Notes: generated from the letters alone by a model not told the origin. A stretch of DNA of 64,000 nucleotides from Octopus sinensis (GCF_006345805.1 NC_043001.1:50778001-50842000), one strand, 5' to 3'; shown: positions 23,801 to 40,154, counted from the first letter of the stretch. Program-made: numbers and translations.

Positions 23801-25635
23801 TAAGTATCTGACACCATTAGAAAAAGAATAGTTTACTTTGTTAGAAAATGTTGGGGAAGTTAGGTGCAACTGGTTAGGGATATTCTACTTAGGATACCAA
23901 GACATGGTTATAATTGTGTTGGTTGAGGATCAGGGTCATTTGAATTAGAGCAAGTTTGATCAATTGATAATAACAATATATGTAAAATACACATGTATTT
24001 GCCTGTGTTTGAAGTTCCACTACAAAAAAGGCTGTTGAATCTGTTTAAGTATTTATATATAAGTATAGCTATTATTTTGAATGTGTGTATATGCTATATC
24101 TGTATATTTGTATGTATAGATGATTGTGCATAATGTATCATCATCATCTTAATGTCCACTTGTCCATGCTTGCACAGATCTGATGGACTTCATTGAGGCT
24201 GATTTCCTACAGCTGTATGCCCTTCCTTTCACCAACCCCTAACTTGTTTCTCAAGTTAATATTTCTTAATGGCCAGACATGTCATCAAAGAAGTGTGGAA
24301 ACAAAGGACACTGCTCATATTACTGTGTTAATTGTGGTCTATATTAATATGAATTATACAGTGAAGTTTGTGAATTTGGCTAAGTGTGTATGCTGTAAAG
24401 AGAAGAGGAATCTGAGATTTCAAGGGCAGTCCCTTCATCAGAGAGAGAGAGAGAGAAACTTGGAAATGACTTCATTTTTTTTTTGAGGTTTAATAATAGG
24501 TAGGAATCCCACTTAGGTATTAAATCTCAAAACTTCTTGTTCATCATTTATCTTGAGTTCTTTGTGAAGCTGATAATCAAGTTCATACTTCAGAGGCAAA
24601 CTTAAGGCTGTTGAAAATATAGCTACCATTTATAATTCTGAATGTGGTGGACATTACAATAATATAGTTGATTGTAAGAGACACCAAATCTCAGTTACAT
24701 TGTAAAGATTGTGTATAGTATATAAGATGTAAAGTGTACACTCAAATGATGTAACCAGATTGCAGTGAAACTACATAAAACCAGCTTTCAGTGTGCTATA
24801 TTCATTTGTAGAATGACCAGGCTGTAACTAAATAGTGAAGTTTGTAGAATTCCTAAAATTGTATTCTGTTGCCTAAATAATATAGTTCTGGAAGAAATAG
24901 TAGTGGTAAAGTGTCAAGTAGGCAATTGCTAAATAAATATTTACCTCCCTTAATTACTATAATTTTTTTTTCAATCTTGCCATGTTAGTGAAAGTAGATC
25001 AGTAAGAAGTGACAGTAGCTGTGATGATTTATGATTGCAGTATGGGGTAAATATTGTGCAAAGAAAACAAAAAAACCTCAAGCAATTAATAGTAATGAAT
25101 GCATAAAATAGAAGTTTTCTTTTTCCAATAATATTATTCAGTTGATTCAGTTGTTTGTGGTGCGAGTTCTTGTCTTTTTATCTTATTAACAGTTTTAAGT
25201 AAATAAAATACTGTTCATTATGAATAGACTGTTGGATTGTTTCTTGGAATATATAATATTCAGTTGGAACTATATTGCATTATCCTTCCTTAATTACTTA
25301 ATTTTGTGTTGAGAAGAATATTTCAGAGGTAAATTAACTATTTAACTAACAAACGAGTTATGTATAAAGATAAGTACCTCTTGTCATATTTCACAGTTTT
25401 GAAAGTTGCAATCATATCTCAACCTGTTTTAGCTAGTATATTTGTTTGTAACAATTTTTTTGTTACACTGCTTCATGTTTTAAATAAAAATTGTATTCTT
25501 TTTAGTGTCTCTAAGTTGCATGTTATCTCTAATTTTTGCCTTCTTTTTTAATTGCAGTTTATTTGGTTAACACCTTCAAATATTACTTACCAACTTCAAC
25601 GTGATTATTTTGTAAACAAAACAAAGCAAAAAAAA

Positions 25636-28330
25636 ATGGGGCAATTGACAAAAGAAGAAACTAAGACTGAAACTAGGAAATTACCAGAAGAAAGGACATT
25701 AGAAAGAGACCAGCAGTTTCTTTCTGGTGAGGAGGCTAATCTTAGTGAGGAAGAGGAACAACCTAAAGAATATAAAGCCCAAAACTCATTGACTGTTGGT
25801 TCTGAGTCTGATGTTCTCGAAAGGAATTTTTCAAATCTTACTATATCAGATGGCTCAATGAAATCAGTTGAATTAGCTTCTGCAGGAGAAGAATCAGAAT
25901 CAGATGAGGAAACAGATGACGATTTGGACAAAGGTGAAAGCTTGAAAAGAGGTCCAACTAATGGTGTACCAGTCAGTCTTTTGAGGACTCATGAAGCTTA
26001 TTTTGCCTCTTCCCAAGATCCTGTGTTTACTGAGAATAAATCTAAACGATCATATGATTCTCATGATGTACCATACTATAAATACCAAAGACCTGTTTAC
26101 AAAAGCTGTGAATTGAATGAGTCTTGGCTCAGCAGTAGTTTTCCAGTGACAAATGGAGGAATAATTTCAGTTAATGGTGAAAATTATGAATCTGACAGTG
26201 CTCAAAGTGCACCATATACAATCTCAGAGTGCTCAAGATCTCCTGATCAAAATGATAGTCAGAATGATCTTGCCATTTTAAATCAAGAAAATACATTGGA
26301 TGATTTGATGGCTATTTTACAAGAAGATAACAATAAAAATATGTATCCCAACTTATGTAAGGAGGACTTTAGTTCTTCTAAAATTTCTCATATAAAAAAC
26401 ATTAAAGAAACATTGAAGAATGGCTTTGAAAAATCTACTCCTAACAATATTCCAGAAACTTTTAATATAGAGGATCAATATAATAAGGCTTCACCACCTC
26501 CTCAGTGTGTTCCTCAGCTTCTTGATCAGCATTGTCCCAACTTTGAGATGAATGAGACTCTAAATGTAAATATTACTGAGCAAGAAAATTTAAATCGAAT
26601 GGCTGCCATTTATGAACGAATGCCAGGTCTGAAAAACTGTGGGCCAAGTTCAATGGATAAGAAACTTCAAGAACAATTTTTGCTAAATTCTTTGAAGCAG
26701 AATGATACACTTGATGGATGTAGTATCTTAAATGCTCCTCCATATATGGGCCAGCAGTTTATAGATGGTAACTTACTCAATATCTGCAGCCAAGGGCAAA
26801 TTACAATGAATGAGGGTAACCAAAGCAGACCTGTAACGAATTCTGGTAGTGAAAGGAAACCTGTAATGAATATTGGCCCAGACAAACGTACCACTATAAT
26901 GGGTTCTGACCACCAGTTGCAAGGCTTGCATAATTATGACCAAAAACCGATTATGATAAATGGAAGTGCTGGCCAACAACAACCCATAAATGGTAGTGGC
27001 CAAAGAGTGAACAGAGTTAGTCCTATTTGTCAAGGAGTAACTGAAATGAATGTTGGTAGACCAAATCAAAATGTAATGAATACTCGTAACACAGCTGCGA
27101 CTATGATAAGTGCTGGTAACCAAGGTCGTATTATGATGAATCTTAGTAGTCAGAATCAGGTTATAATGAATGCTGGAATCCAAAGTCAGGCCATAATGAA
27201 TGCTGGAAGCCCAGGTCAGACTATAGCAAATGCTGGGAGCCCAGGTCACTCTATAGCAAATGTGGGGAGTCCAGGTCAGCCCATAATGAATGCTGGCAGC
27301 CCAGGTCAGACCCTAGTGAATGCTGGCAGTCCACATCAGACCATAATGAATGCTGGCAGCCCACATCAGACCATAATGAATGCTGGCAGCCCACATCAGA
27401 CCATAATGAATGCTGGGAGCCCACATCAGACCATAATGAATGCTGGGAGCCCACATCAGACCATAATGAATGCTGGGAGCCCACATCAGACCATAATGAA
27501 TGCTGGGAGCCCAAGCCAGACCATAATAAATGCTGGGAGCCCTGGTCAGACCCTAGTGAATGCTGGGAGCCCAGGTCAGACCATAATGAATGCTGGCAGC
27601 CCAGTGAATGCTGGCAGCCCTGGTCAGACCATAATAAATGCTGGGAGCCCTGGTCAGACCATAGTGAATGCTGGGAGCCCACATCAGAACATAATAAATG
27701 CTGGGAGCCCAAATCAAACCATTCTGAGTGCTGACAGCCCAAGTCAAACTATTTTGAATGATGATGAACAAGAACAGATTATAATGAATGCTACTAGCCA
27801 AGCGCAGACCGTCACTATGCGGCAAACCTGGATGAATTCTCTTGATGGAGGGCAAAATCTGCCTTCAGTTTCGGTACCATGTACGGTAAATCCCAATAAA
27901 TCCCCACTGATTTATTCCCCTGTTGCTGAACTTGTTGGACAAGGCGGTCAAGTTTATTCTTCCCAATCACCACATGTTATAATAAATGGTACCACATCCA
28001 ATTTACAAAATCCTGCTATTGTTACACAAGCAATACCTAACCAAACCACAACCCCAGGAACCTTAACATCAACAGCAGTCTCTTCTACTCCTCTCTTAGT
28101 ATTGAACACCCCACCACTGTATATCATGTCACCTACTTCAAATGCTCTTATCCTTGTTCAAAAGCCACCAACACCAACCACAAAATCTTCACCAAAGCCA
28201 ATTTTACCCAAACCTCCTGCATCAGATATCAAACCACATTTGTCAGATGAACACGTTTTCCCAAAGCATTTCAACACTGCCAAGAAAGGAAAAGCTGTTT
28301 TCAATCCTGATGCTAATGCAGTCAAATCAG
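25636..28330 (+). CDS. Nuclear IkB-like (BCL3/IkB-zeta/IkBNS-type) ankyrin protein, coding exon 1
   Basis: ORF 25552-28353; acceptor ttttttaattgcag before 25558; first ATG at 25636; donor cag|gtttgt at 28331 (phase 1). Acidic N-terminus, decapeptide repeats, Pro/Thr-rich end. Confidence 0.85.
26803..27810 (+). repeat. In-frame 30-bp coding minisatellite, decapeptide (I/L)(M/V/I)NAGSP(H/G)QT
   Basis: 22 clear units at 27163-27810 (two shortened), five identical IMNAGSPHQT, plus 12 degenerate units at 26803-27162 in the same 30-nt register. Confidence 0.95.
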
Positions 28331-28409
28331 GTTTGTTTATGTTATGTTTTTAGATTATTTGTTATTGAAAAATTTTTTTTTTATTAAAAAAAAAGAAAAA
28401 GAATAATTA

Positions 28410-31060
<2,651 letters not shown>

Positions 31061-33244
31061 GTTGACTGTGTCTTTTGTATGAAACATAGTGTTTCAAAGA
31101 CTACATTATCCAGTGTGTTCTTCAGTTTTTAAAACTGGTTGGCTGTTATTTGGGTCTGATTTAGCTGCTATTTCTGCCAGGTCAAGTGACTCTGTAGAAG
31201 TTTCCTTGTTGCTTTAGTGGACTGTAATGTTTTGTTTAGAGGTGTGTCTTTCATATAAAACAAACGACAAATTTTCTTACTATTGTTTAGTCTTGAAATT
31301 CTATCGGACTCCTATTTAAGAAGAGCTAATTAAATATTTTATTGATAAGATTCCACAAATCTGTACTATGGTAATGTCTATGGTTTTCATTTTTCATGTT
31401 GGCATGGATAAATACTTTCAATAGTCAAGATAGTAAAGCATTGAAATGTCTTATAGTTTATTGGCATTGTTCATATTTCTAGCCATCATCACTAATTGCA
31501 CTCATGATTCAGTTTTGTATCCTGTGTTCTCATTGAGGTGCAGCGTTTTTGAATATCAAAAACATTTGTGCTTCATCAAGATTAAGGAAGATAGATACTT
31601 TAGAAAGCAATAGCAATTATATATTTACCAAATCAGTTTCATGTTTGACTGGATATTTGGTAATGCTTATAGAGGTATTTGTTAGGTACTTGTATGTATC
31701 ATTGTTATTGTTAGAGCACTGGATAGTAGCAATTAGTAGCACATTCTTCTAGTGTCAGGAAAATAATGTTAAAGTTGAGCCTTTCAGCTTTACTTCTTCT
31801 CACCAAAACTCAGGAGCTTGTGCCCAAGTTGGAAATTGTTATTGTTTTTGTTCAGATAATTTCTAACATATGTACAAGGTCCAGTATTTGAAAGAATGAG
31901 AGGTGAAGTTAACCTTGGTTGGATCTGAACCCAGAATATAAAGAGTCAGAACATATGCCATAAGACATATTTGTCCAACATTCTAATGATTCTGTTAATA
32001 CCTGCTCTAACTTAACAAAATATACTCAATGCTACATTCTTTTCCAGATGTTTTTTGGTTGGGCAATATTTATCCATTTCTGGGTATTTGATGAAGCTGG
32101 TATAGTTTAAAAAAAAAACAGTTTTGAAATTTATAACTTGGGATAACACCAGCATGTAAAACAATAGTTTAGATAGTGTTTAATATTCATTATAGGAAGC
32201 ATTAAAAAGCTAAGGCTAAGTAAAAATAATAAAGATATGTTAGCTAATATTGTTTTATTCTTCATTGACTTATTTCTACTTAACTTTATAAGCATTCCCT
32301 GCATTATATATGTTAGCATGTACTCAACTACTCAAATTTTTACTTTGACCTAGAAGCCTAGTAATTTTAAATGTAATCTGGTTTCTACTTCTGAATAACA
32401 GACTAGTCACATTCTTATTAGTTGCTGTGTTTGTTGGTATTTCAAGTTCATTTGCATAATATATATTACAGCTATTCTAAATGCTGTGGATTAGTTATAA
32501 CTTTTTAGTGAATTGAGTCCTTCATTTACTGCACTTTATTTAAATCTTCAACATTGGGAGCAAGCTGGCACATAAGCAAATACTTAGTGGCATTTTGTCT
32601 GTCTTTATGTTCTGAATTCAAATTCTGCCTAGGTTGACTTTTATCTCTCGTCCTTTTTGGGTTGATGTAATTGACTTAACCCCTCCCCTAAACTTGCTGG
32701 TTTTGTGCTAATATTTGAAACCAATATTTTTAATGCCCTTGGAGAAGTATGAATGTCATGATTTCTGTCTTCTCATAAGTTAATGCTGATGACTTATTTG
32801 ACTAGATTCATCACACTTAAACTATCACTCAAATTAGAAAGTTCTATCTTCCTTCCATTAGATTTAATACAGACAACCTTTTTTGAGAAGTGGGCCACAT
32901 GAAATATGGCCCATTATTAGATGGGCATCACTACTAAAACAAAATTTGACGCTAATTTTTCATTAGGCATGTCATTCAAAAAGTCCTGCGCACCACAAAT
33001 TGTCCATGACTGGTTTAAATATTCTTTTACAAATATCCCCAGTCATTTGTAAACATACTTTGGATAATATGCTCAATACACTGATTCTTGAGTGCCTTTC
33101 CCTGATTTCCTTTGTGTCCCATTTTTTACTGCAGACTTAGGCCTGTAGAGATTCTCCTAACTTAACATAAAAATAAAATAAATTCCTTATCTAAATATAA
33201 ATTCTTTTGTTTCATCTTTTCCTTTCTGAATTTTGTTTTTCAAG

Positions 33245-33444
33245 GTGCATCTCATCAGATAATAGCTCGCCGCTGTGTTGCTTCCAGGACTGATGAGGAA
33301 CTGCTTGCTATTGATTCTGACGGCAACAACTATCTCCATGCTGCTGTGTGCGTAACTGATGTTAACATGGTTAAAGCTCTTCTTGAGAGAATTAAACGGA
33401 TTAAAAAAATTGAAATAATTAATGACTGCAATTCTTTAAACCAA
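33245..33444 (+). CDS. Nuclear IkB-like ankyrin protein, coding exon 2
   Basis: ttttcaag| acceptor, phase 1 entry, GASHQIIARRCVASRTDEELLAIDSDGNNYLHAAVCVTDVNMVKALLERIKRIKKIEIINDCNSLNQ, donor |gtaagt. DSDGNNYLHAAV is an ankyrin motif. Confidence 0.9.
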
Positions 33445-33675
33445 GTAAGTTTTTCTCTTCAACCTCATATTTTTAAAAATATCCTACTCTTCTTCTCTTA
33501 TAGGCACAGGTACATCTCTTGATCATCTTGTAAAGAAAGAAAAATCTAGTTTCGATAAACCTACATGAAATATATCTTTCATAAACGTTCTGAAATATGT
33601 CAACTCAAACAACTGTTTAGCTTTGTCTTTGAAACAAGCCTTTTCTTTTTTTTTCATCTTTTTCAACTTCTCTGA

Positions 33676-33845
33676 ATTTATTTTCTTCTAATTAAGTGCA
33701 GGAGTGACTGTGTGGTAAGTAGCTTGCTTACCAACCACATGGTTCTGGGTTTAGTCCTACTGCGTGGCACCTTGGGCAAGTGTCTTCTGCTATAGCCTCG
33801 GGCTAACCAAAGCCTTGTGAGTGGATTTAGTAGATGGAAACAAAT
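33676..33845 (+). mobile_element. SINE 5' portion
   Basis: gcaggagtgactgtgtggtaagtagcttgcttaccaaccacatggttctggg...gtagatggaaac; same family as 3430-3760. Confidence 0.75.
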
Positions 33846-34183
33846 TCACATAGGGGAACTTCTTGGTCTCTATGGACGTTTGCATGGATTTATTGAGTTT
33901 AGGAAGTAGTCTTATTCAGTTACAAGTTGACTTTCACCATCAAACAGCTACATTGTTTAAATGAGGATAATTATTGTAGTGATGAATTATAATAATTAAT
34001 TCAGTATGTTATTGTGGCTAGTTAATATTATTGAATCTAAATTCATCCTCTTCAAACACTCTATCAATTTAAACTATCCAGTTGCTATTTATTATCATGA
34101 AATGTCAACTAACATGATCATTCACATCTTACTGAACATTTCAATGATTAAATATATCTTTATTTTCTTTGTTTTTAAAATAG

Positions 34184-34273
34184 ACACCATTATATTTAGC
34201 TGTATTTTATAATAAGCCAGCTGTTGTGTGTGAACTAGTGCGCAATGGTGCCAATCCAAACATACCTGGAGAG
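34184..34273 (+). CDS. Nuclear IkB-like ankyrin protein, coding exon 3
   Basis: aaaatag| TPLYLAVFYNKPAVVCELVRNGANPNIPGE |gtaagt; phase 0-0; canonical ankyrin repeat. Confidence 0.9.
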
Positions 34274-35234
34274 GTAAGTAAACTTGTTATACATTTTCTA
34301 ATATATTCAATGTTCTGCACACCTAACAGATGCAGGTCTTGTAGAATTACTGCCATCAACCTTCAGTACAGAAGACCAGAATGTAATAACTTTATCAATG
34401 AAAATACCACTTTAATTATTTAATACAAAGATTAATTTAATAAATAATCAATAAGGATATTACATAAAGACTGTCATCATTGAAATGTGAACATCAACTG
34501 AAACAGATAAATACTTCTGTTCCTGAAATATATGATTATTATAATTGGCTATCATTATATACACTACTGTTGAAGTAGTAAAACTAAGATTGGCTTTACA
34601 TACACTTTTACTGCTTACATTGACAAAGATCAAGGGTCACTTTTGAATATGTTCTTTGCTTACAGGTTGCAGTAATTTTTTCAGTGTATTTTACACTGCA
34701 ATTATAATAAATCTAATTGAACACGTCTATATATAACACTATCATTAAACAAAGTCACTGTATATAAGACATATTTTACTGGAATTTCATAGCCCATCAC
34801 AAGTAGTGCACATTATACTCAAGTACGTTTTATACACAAATAAATATATAGGTATTTGATACTGAAATTAATCCTATCAAATCTCAACATACTAAACTAT
34901 TATGCGCAAAGATAACTTCATTAATTTTAGATAAATCTCTGCTAATCATAGATGTCTTTTGTGTATATAAATCCAAAATTTTCTTGATGTGTGTTATAAT
35001 AAAATGATCCTATGTAGAATGAAAATGACTGTAAATCTCATTCAAATTTAAAGTTATGTAGCCAAATATTTTTGAATGAATTGTTGAATACATCAGTATA
35101 ACAAACATTTTAGAAAGAAAAAGTTGCAAGAAGAATGACAGGAGAAATTGTGTTTTTATAGTTTTCTGTCTTTTTGTAATTTGTTGCAAATCTTTAATCA
35201 ACATTTCATTTTATTTCTGGTAAAAAAAAATCAG

Positions 35235-35346
35235 AAACGACGCAGTGCTCTACATTGTGCAGCCACACAGGGGAAAGAGTTCAACCTAACATTGAAACAA
35301 CTCTTTGAATCAAAGAAAATTGATCCAAACATTAAGAACTGTGATG
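35235..35346 (+). CDS. Nuclear IkB-like ankyrin protein, coding exon 4
   Basis: tcag| KRRSALHCAATQGKEFNLTLKQLFESKKIDPNIKNCD-g |gtaagg; phase 0-1. Confidence 0.85.
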
Positions 35347-35789
35347 GTAAGGGAAATTTCAATCAAAATCTACATGTATAGTTTAGAAAGAATCAAATTC
35401 TGAATTATTTTAAATTCACTGAAATTTCCTTAAAAAATTAATGAAAAACAAAATTAGTAATAAATGCTATACATTTACAAAATTCATTAGAAAATACAAT
35501 ATCAGTGAAAATAATTAAGATAAAGAATGTCATATTTCAGTTATTTTTCTTCCTGTTTTATATCCATTTCTCCATGTCAGCAAAAGCTGAATTATTTTAG
35601 TTGGATTAATTATTTTTACTGTTTGATGCTTTTACTTCATCATTAACCATTAATTTTGTAAGAATAGAATGTGTTTTGTTAGTCAAGTAAACTTAACTGA
35701 GCAGTCTTTTTTTTTTTGCCTAGAATGCAACACTGGTCATTGTTGTTATTGTCATCATTCTCCTTCTCCTCCTCCTCCCATTTTTTTGC

Positions 35790-36470
35790 ATACAGGCATT
35801 AGTTGTGTAGATCCCCTCTAGTGTTTGGCCACTTATTGTGGTCCATTGTGGCTACCTTCATGCAATCCAGCTTTAATTTAATTGGTCTTTCTTTACTGCA
35901 TACTTTCTCCACCCAGATATCTTGACATCTCTTCAGTTGTCCATACCAGTGCAATTTTCTTGCTTGCACACTATTATTGGTTCCCCTAATACTCATCTTT
36001 CTCCTGGCTCTGCTCCATTGTTCAATCATACTGACACCACGTGCCCAGCAGAGCTTGCTCATTTCATTTCTCTCCAACCTTTGCATATCCTCCACATTCA
36101 ACTCCCATGTCTTGCTACCCTGCCTCATAGTATTTGGTACACAAGTGTCATACAGTCTGGGAGCACTATGTTGCCAATAAGGGTAATGATTCCTTGAAAT
36201 TTCCCCACTATATCCTTACTCTGGCTGCTATGTTTTTTGAACATCCACCATCACTATTGATTAAGTCATCTTGGTAAAAGGAGCTGTTTAACTACATCTT
36301 GCAACTCTTCTGAGCAGTTGAATGATTGCCTTTCATTAGTGCTTTTGTTGCTTACTGCTCTTGTACGTGTTTTAAATACAAATTTTTCCTTCTGTGTCAG
36401 CCTTCCTCAGATCCCACTGCATCTTTTGTAGACTATTAGTTTGCATTGGGTTCACAGTATCAAATTCCTG
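35790..36470 (-). mobile_element. RTE LINE 3' fragment in intron 4
   Basis: ORF 35799-36128: GSKTWELNVEDMQRLERNEMSKLCW...LHWYGQL, typical of an RTE ORF2 C-terminus. Confidence 0.8.
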
Positions 36471-36611
36471 TTTACTTGTTTTCTATATATCAAGATTGAC
36501 CATTTGTTTGATGATAGTAGAATTCTGTTTTATTCTCTACTCTCTAAGTTGTGTTATATAATTGAAGATGTTTTCATAGCTTGCTTATGCTGCCATGTTT
36601 ATTTTATCCAG

Positions 36612-36967
36612 GACTAACACCACTGCTCTGTGCCATAATGGAACATGGAAAAATTGTCTCCAGAAATAATAAAAATGTCATGATTGACAACTGTGTTAAT
36701 GTGTCATTGTTACTGAAGAATGGTGCTGATCCAGAGGTATATGATGGCCGAAATGGTATGACACCCCTGATGCATGCAATTGAACGCAAAGACATTAATT
36801 TAATAGAAGCAATTGTGAAACATGTAGATCCTGCAAAATTTCAGAAAATGCTCTCAGCAAGAACATTTAGCGAAAGAACATGTAGTATGATTGCTGAAGA
36901 ATTACAAAATAAATTTGACCCTAGTGTGTATCGGAAGCTGACCAGTATTTTGTCACTCAACAAATGA
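36612..36967 (+). CDS. Nuclear IkB-like ankyrin protein, terminal coding exon 5
   Basis: tatccag| phase 1; GLTPLLCAIMEHG...LLLKNGADPEVYDGRNGMTPLMHAIE...SLNK*; stop at 36965-36967. Confidence 0.9.
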
Positions 36968-38894
36968 TTCTGCCATTTGGTATGTTTATGAAGAAATCTT
37001 TCTAATTACCATTATTGTTTTATCTTTATTGTTACTCTGTCATCTGCCTCTGGTTGATGGCCATGTGACACCTTATATCATAACTAATTAGAATGACTGA
37101 CATGTGTGCATATTTAAAAATGCATTATGATATCATGATATCACAGTACAGAGACACTTCTTAAAGTCATGGTTTTAATGAAAAATTGATAAGAAAAATT
37201 TTTTTCTAAATGTATTCAGAACTTTGTTTTATTAATGGCTTATAGTTAACTAGTGTAATAATTTACATCACTTTTTAGTTTTAATTTCTACTTGTTTATT
37301 ATGTTTGATTTTCTTAAAACAAATAATGTTTACCTAAACTTGAAATTAGGTAAAATTTTGGTATAAAATATTTATGACTTTTCTTCAATTCTACATCAAT
37401 AATTAAAATACTGATTTCTAAAATAATCTTCATCTTGGTTGTCATTTGGCAACATATGAGAAAGCAACTTCTAAATAAAACTTGTTTTGTGAGAGCTTCA
37501 CTAACCGAAACCTGTAAATCTCAGATAATCTTACGTAAGAATAGTAATTTCAGTGTCAGATAGATTTCTGTTGTAGTTTCAGTCTTCCCTTCAATTCTAA
37601 AGATGTAATATGCTACATTTTTTTACATTGTACTTTCTTTTCTTATTCTTTCAGCATTTTGGCAGAAATTGTTATTGGTGAACCCCTGAGTTGAAGTTTT
37701 CTGTTAAATGCTGTGAATCTGTGAGCAGCTATCAGTCTTCCCTAACAGTTAGCTCAGAAACGACGGCATCTGTTTATATATGTACTTGCTGTATGTGGTG
37801 ATCCCAAATACATATAGAGTACAGACAGATATGGTAAAAGCATGTACAGAATTGAAGCATGTGGTTTGTCTTCATGAATCACTTGTTTGTAAGGAACAAT
37901 TTGTTTCTTTGTAAATAACATTTCTTACTGTAGATTTGAACTGAAGAAATTCTTTTTGTGCTGTATATTAATCTCTTATATGATCTGTGTATATGTTAAT
38001 AATATGTGTGTGTATGTATGTGCATTAAAATAACTTTGTGTGCTTGTATTTCCATATCTACTGTTGGTAATTTGAAAATCATCTTTTAAATAGTTTATAT
38101 TTCTTTGTAGACACTCTGTTTTGATCTCTGCAAAAATGCAGTTTTGTGTGTGAAATATATCAATAGGGCTAAATAGAGTTTTCTTAGATGTTTAGTTTCA
38201 GTTTTAAGAAAACATTCCTTTCTAGATAATTTATTATTCTTATTCTCTTTTTATTATTTTAAACATTTTTTTAATGTTTTCCTAATAAACTACAGTTTAT
38301 CTTAATATTTTTGATGTTGTTTTATTTCACCAAAGCTTTCTTTTTTTAAATAGATGGACTAGTAGTTTAAATGTATCTAAGAGTTAACCGTGAATACTGC
38401 AGCAGAACTCTTTTCATTTATTTAGCAAGTCTATGTAATTTAAACATTACCCTTGCCCTCTAAATTTTTATATTGTTTATAACAGGTTTTGTATTTAGAT
38501 GAAATAAAAAACAAAACAAACAATCTCTGCAATTTTGAGATAGAAATACTTATTTTGATTTGCTCTCATGCTACCTCTTTTTATGGTTTGGGTGCAAGAT
38601 GCATACCAGAAAAAATATGGCTGAAGATGGAGTTCCAACAAGTTGATGTTTTTAAGGAGGAAGGATCTGACCAAGTGGATAGTATAGAACTTCGATGGCA
38701 AGAGTAGGATTGGCTGGTGGCAGTGATATAAATAACTAGCTCTGAGAAGCTGAGAATGTTGTAGTAGTTTTAGAAGAGATGAGGAATCAGCCCACATGTG
38801 GTTTAGAGGCTGGAGTGTGTTTATAAGTGAGTCCTTGCTAATTAGCTGGACAGCTTCCCTTTAGATGTGGTGTTGGATTTCATTTTTTTTTTTT

Positions 38895-38919
38895 TTAATT
38901 TTGTAGTAGTAGTAGTAGT

Positions 38920-38975
<56 letters not shown>

Positions 38976-38985
38976 AAGAAGAAGG
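38895..38985. repeat. Compound trinucleotide microsatellite (GTA)n(GCA)n(GTA)n(GAA)n
   Basis: Directly visible. Confidence 0.95.
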
Positions 38986-39774
38986 AGAAGAGTCCCTGAT
39001 GTAGGAGCTGAACTTCATTGTGGCTTTCATTTCACTTTAGTTGAGAGTTAGCAGTTGTTCTGCACTAAAATATCTTCTGGTCCAGAAAAGAAAAACTTGT
39101 CTTTTGGATGTGATTTTTGCTTTGGGAGGATGAGATCTCTAGAAGAGATCAGTTATAAAGCTTAGCATTTCTAGCAACAATTAGGGTTTTAATTGCATGT
39201 ATCTTAACATTAGAGAGGGTGAAGTGGAAGACTTCACTTGATATCATTCATCATCATCATTTAAAGTTTGTTTTCCATGCTGGCATTGGTTGGACAGTTT
39301 GACAGGAGCTGGTGAGGCTGGGGATCGCACCAGGTTCCATTGTTCTGATATTGTTTCTATGGCTGGATGCCCTTCCCAATACCAACCACTTTACTGAGTG
39401 TACTGGATGCTTTTTATGTGGCATCTAGTATGAGTGCTTTTTAATGTGGCACCAGTACCACTTTTTCTTATCCAGTTATGCAAAAATTAAAAGAAGAACA
39501 AAACAATTTGCTAATTTGACAACAGACTTCAGGTCTCTTTTCTTAACTTAATTCCTATTATTTATTGTCATCATCACAAGTCTAATTTTCCCAGCTATTT
39601 GTAGTTATTCCATGACCATATGTCATACTTTTGGCAAAGTTCACTTCAATTCATTCCTTTCTAAAGTTATTGTTCCCAGTATTTTCAACACCCTACAATT
39701 TCTGGCTTTCTGACTTCTACCTTGACCCTTTAGTGTTCAAACTGGTTATATCTGGCCCAAATACTCTGCCTGTT

Positions 39775-40154
39775 TTATGCTCAAACTGACCTGATCAGGT
39801 CTCTCACACCTATCTTACAATGTCATTCTAAAAATAAACAATCACATCATTGAAATCTCAAAGCTACAAGATAATGTATGATAAATTCAAAACAATGTGA
39901 ATAAATATGCATTACGTTTGACAGAGAATGTTCCTAGATTAATCGGAAACATAGATTGCCATGCTACTGGCAATCTATGTTTCCGATTAATCTAGGAACA
40001 TTCTCTGTCAAACGTAATGCATATTTATTCACATTGTTTTGAATTTATCATACATTATCTTGTAGCTTTGAGATTTCAATGATGTGATTGTTTATTTTTA
40101 GAATGACATTGTAAGATAGGTGTGAGAGACCTGATCAGGTCAGTTTGAGCATAA
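39775..40154. repeat. Perfect palindrome, 187-bp arms, 6-nt spacer
   Basis: 39775-39961 is the exact reverse complement of 39968-40154; spacer tgctac. Confidence 0.95.

Noticed and set aside
7200-25557. NF-kB (GGGRNNYYCC) feedback sites upstream of the IkB-like gene
   Set aside because: No full consensus match was noticed by eye; a PWM scan would be needed to claim presence or absence.
27163-27810. CRISPR-like regular repeats (also the 43-bp array at 46084-46358)
   Set aside because: Units are contiguous with no unique spacers, no cas genes are present, and the context is eukaryotic.
26667-27855. Minus-strand ORFs with repeats (GSQHSLWSDV etc.)
   Set aside because: They are antisense shadows of the 30-bp coding repeat.
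37474-37479. AATAAA as the gene's polyadenylation signal
   Set aside because: Several equivalent hexamers occur in this AT-rich region (for example near 38285), so none can be assigned without 3'-end data.
38489-38797. Opposing ORFs after a tataacag acceptor-like site
   Set aside because: No domain or donor was found; the minus frame has only a faint LINE RT-like resemblance.
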